From assembly GCA_017417365.1 (NCBI GenBank), contig JAFPZI010000005.1, positions 1-35,315 of the forward strand: 35,315 bases of DNA, read 5' to 3'. Made by a program: the position numbers and the translations under genes. The DNA is from Synergistaceae bacterium (GTDB taxonomy: Bacteria; Synergistota; Synergistia; Synergistales; Aminobacteriaceae). Positions 33,323-35,315 of the stretch are shown in pieces; the first letter of the stretch is position 1; each line of letters opens with the position of its first letter. Below the pieces are notes generated by a model. That model was not told where the DNA came from. It worked only from the letters and a program-made list of their open reading frames with translations, and ran no database searches.

Positions 33323-34684
33323 ATGAGAACAGAATTGCTGGGGCAGGAAAAAAATATTGTCCGCATCAAACTCGAAATCGAAGCCAGCGAATTCACCAAA
33401 GCACTCAACACAGCTCTCTCCGAATTATCTCAGCAGGTCAACATCCCCGGCTTCCGCAAGGGCCACGTCAAGCGTTCCGTGCTCGAAATGAGGTTTGGCC
33501 GCGACGCAATCTACAATGAAGCCCTCGACAAAATCATGCCCGACCAGATTAAGCAGATCGTCGACGACTATGAACTTGACCTCCTCGACACCCCAGAGTT
33601 CAAGCTCGACTCTAAGATTGAGGAAGGCAAACCAGTAACCGGCGAATTAGTCTTTGAGGTCCGCCCAGAAGTTACCCTCCCCGAAATTGACGGCATGGAG
33701 ATCGAAAAGGTAGTCAGTGAAGTCAATGATGAGGCAGTCGACAAACTCGCCAAACGCATCAGAATCCAGCTCGCAGACATCAAACCCGCAGACCGCCCCG
33801 TTCAGGACGGAGACGTTGTAGATATTGAGCTGGCAATTCGGACCCTCAACGACGACGGCACAGAGACTCAGGACCAGCCCAAACCCGACACCACCCACGA
33901 GAAAATCAACCTTGCCGACGAGACAATACGCGTTCAGGTCCGCGAGGCACTTATCGGCAAGTCGAAGGGTGAAGAAGCTGAAGCAGTGTTTGACGTTGAG
34001 GAAGGCCACTCCGACAGGACATTAGCGGGAAAACACGTGCGCTACAAGATGAAGGTTGAGGAGGTCTCAGAATACGTTCTGCCTGAGCTCAACGAGGAGT
34101 TCTACAAGAACGTTTTCGGCGAGGACACAGAGATTAAGGACGAAGCAGCGTTCAGGGCCCGCCTTCATGACGACTTGGTGAAGCAGGTAGCGGAGGACTC
34201 AGCATCCGCCCTCCAGAGCAGAGCAGTTGACCTAATCGTGAGCAAGTCCACAGTTGAAGTCCCCGACAACCTCATAGAGCGTCAGGCACACGCACTCCGA
34301 CATGACGACGAGGACTGGGCCAAGAAGAACGACGTGAACCTCACCGAAGCCTACGCGCTCGACACAGAAGAGGGCAAAACAGGCTACGAGAAGTTATTAC
34401 GCGACAGGGCAGCCTCATCCGTCAAGAACGTACTAGTCATGGACGCGGCCGCTAAGAAGTTTGACGTTCACGTGGAACAGGAGGACCTCGACGCAGAATT
34501 TGAGCGCAGGGCAAAACAGCTCAACGTCAGCAAAGGTTTCTTGGCCAAATACTTCTACGAGAACAGGGCGCAGTTAGACCGCCTCGTGGACGAAATCCGC
34601 TGGGGGAAAATCGCCGACGCAATAATCTCCCATATGAACGTCAAAGAGGTCAAAGAGTTATCACAGCCTCAGGAGAATAATTAA
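33323..34684 (+). CDS. tig: trigger factor (ribosome-associated PPIase chaperone)
   Basis: The N-terminal ribosome-binding signature is [17 protein letters not shown], and the three-domain length fits. The start is placed at ATG 33323 ([19 protein letters not shown], matching typical Tig N-termini); the ORF track opens at 33299. The tig-clpP-clpX order is conserved. Confidence 0.95.
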   Translation: MRTELLGQEKNIVRIKLEIEASEFTKALNTALSELSQQVNIPGFRKGHVKRSVLEMRFGRDAIYNEALDKIMPDQIKQIVDDYELDLLDTPEFKLDSKIEEGKPVTGELVFEVRPEVTLPEIDGMEIEKVVSEVNDEAVDKLAKRIRIQLADIKPADRPVQDGDVVDIELAIRTLNDDGTETQDQPKPDTTHEKINLADETIRVQVREALIGKSKGEEAEAVFDVEEGHSDRTLAGKHVRYKMKVEEVSEYVLPELNEEFYKNVFGEDTEIKDEAAFRARLHDDLVKQVAEDSASALQSRAVDLIVSKSTVEVPDNLIERQAHALRHDDEDWAKKNDVNLTEAYALDTEEGKTGYEKLLRDRAASSVKNVLVMDAAAKKFDVHVEQEDLDAEFERRAKQLNVSKGFLAKYFYENRAQLDRLVDEIRWGKIADAIISHMNVKEVKELSQPQENN

Positions 34685-35268
34685 TGGCGTATTACATTCC
34701 TTACGTTATCGAGCAGACCGGCAGGGGTGAAAGAAGTTATGACATCTATAGCCGTCTGCTTAAGGACAGGATAATTTTTCTCGGCTCCGAAATTGTCGAC
34801 GACGTAGCTAATTCCATCGTTGCACAATTGCTCTTCCTTGAGAGCGAGGACCCTGACAAGGACATTAACCTATACATCAACAGCCCGGGCGGGAGCGTTA
34901 CTGCTGGACTGGCGATCTATGACACAATGCAGTACATCCGGCCAAAAGTCTCGACAATCTGCGTGGGACTGGCCGCGAGCATGGGAGCTATTCTTCTTGC
35001 CGGAGGGGCTAAGGGTAAACGTTTGGCACTCCCCAACGCCGAAATTATGATTCATCAGCCTTTGGGAGGGGCAAGAGGTCAGGCAAGCGACATTGAGATT
35101 CAGGCCAAGAACATAATCAAGACTAAAGAACGTATGAACCGTATATTAGCCTCCCATACAGGACAGGATTACGAAACTGTTGCAAGGGACACTGACAGGG
35201 ATAATTACATGACTGCTGACGAGGCATTGAAGTACGGGTTAATCGACAAAATCATAGAGTCAAGGTAA
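34684..35268 (+). CDS. clpP: ATP-dependent Clp protease proteolytic subunit ClpP
   Basis: 194-aa [19 protein letters not shown], the catalytic Ser context GLAASMGA and the His context MIHQPLGG are textbook ClpP. Confidence 0.97.
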   Translation: MAYYIPYVIEQTGRGERSYDIYSRLLKDRIIFLGSEIVDDVANSIVAQLLFLESEDPDKDINLYINSPGGSVTAGLAIYDTMQYIRPKVSTICVGLAASMGAILLAGGAKGKRLALPNAEIMIHQPLGGARGQASDIEIQAKNIIKTKERMNRILASHTGQDYETVARDTDRDNYMTADEALKYGLIDKIIESR

Positions 35269-35284
35269 CAAAGGTAACCAGAAA

Positions 35285-35315
35285 ATGCCCTCAGACAAGT
35301 ACGATAAGAACAAAA
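35285..35315 (+). CDS. clpX: 5' end of a downstream gene, probably clpX (partial, runs off the window)
   Basis: ATG at 35285 (MPSDKYDKNK...) lies 16 nt after the clpP stop. The assignment rests only on the conserved tig-clpP-clpX order. Too little sequence is present to recognise the protein. Confidence 0.35.
   Translation, partial: MPSDKYDKNK

Overview
This is a 35.3-kb chromosomal window from a flagellated, LPS-making (diderm) bacterium of mid GC content. The gene content would fit a Synergistota-like anaerobe, but that is only a guess.

**Layout, left to right**
- 142-3049 (-): a GT2 glycosyltransferase and a GH13 amylosucrase-like enzyme, each followed by a terminator hairpin.
- 3174-15594 (-): a tightly packed flagellar operon of about 12.4 kb, in the order fliE-fliF-fliG-fliH-fliI-[relB/dinJ-parE]-fliJ-[SLT lytic transglycosylase]-[YlxF/MotE-like]-fliK-flgD-flgE. 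FlgE is unusually large at 853 aa.
- 15887-22075 (+): a divergent, translationally coupled operon. It encodes a DUF4139 protein, a membrane PAS/degenerate-GGDEF protein, an LptF/G permease, LpxI, a decayed symporter relic and LpxB.
- 22140-25776 (+): a Ni/Co ECF-type uptake cluster. It holds a DUF4198 protein, a small bitopic periplasmic protein, CbiM, CbiQ, CbiO and a small Cys-rich ORF. The cbiQ/cbiO junction is triplicated.
- 25820-28066 (-): a polar amino-acid ABC transporter.
- 28186-32943 (-): an A/T-richer accessory stretch.
  - A PD-(D/E)xK-like protein.
  - A frameshifted DUF262/DUF1524 (GmrSD-like) nuclease.
  - An orphan trpB2 with its own promoter and terminator.
  - A DUF4145(HEPN-like)-OB-fold-TM protein.
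- 33021-33240: a degenerate repeat field, followed by tig-clpP and the start of clpX.

I saw no rRNA, tRNA, CRISPR array, transposase or integrase.

**Best candidates for something new**
- The accessory nuclease-like genes at 28.2-30.6 kb and 32.1-32.9 kb.
- The toxin-antitoxin pair embedded between fliI and fliJ.
- The GT-rich repeat family shared by the cbiQ/cbiO junction and the tig upstream region.

All family assignments come from motif recognition by eye and need profile searches to confirm.
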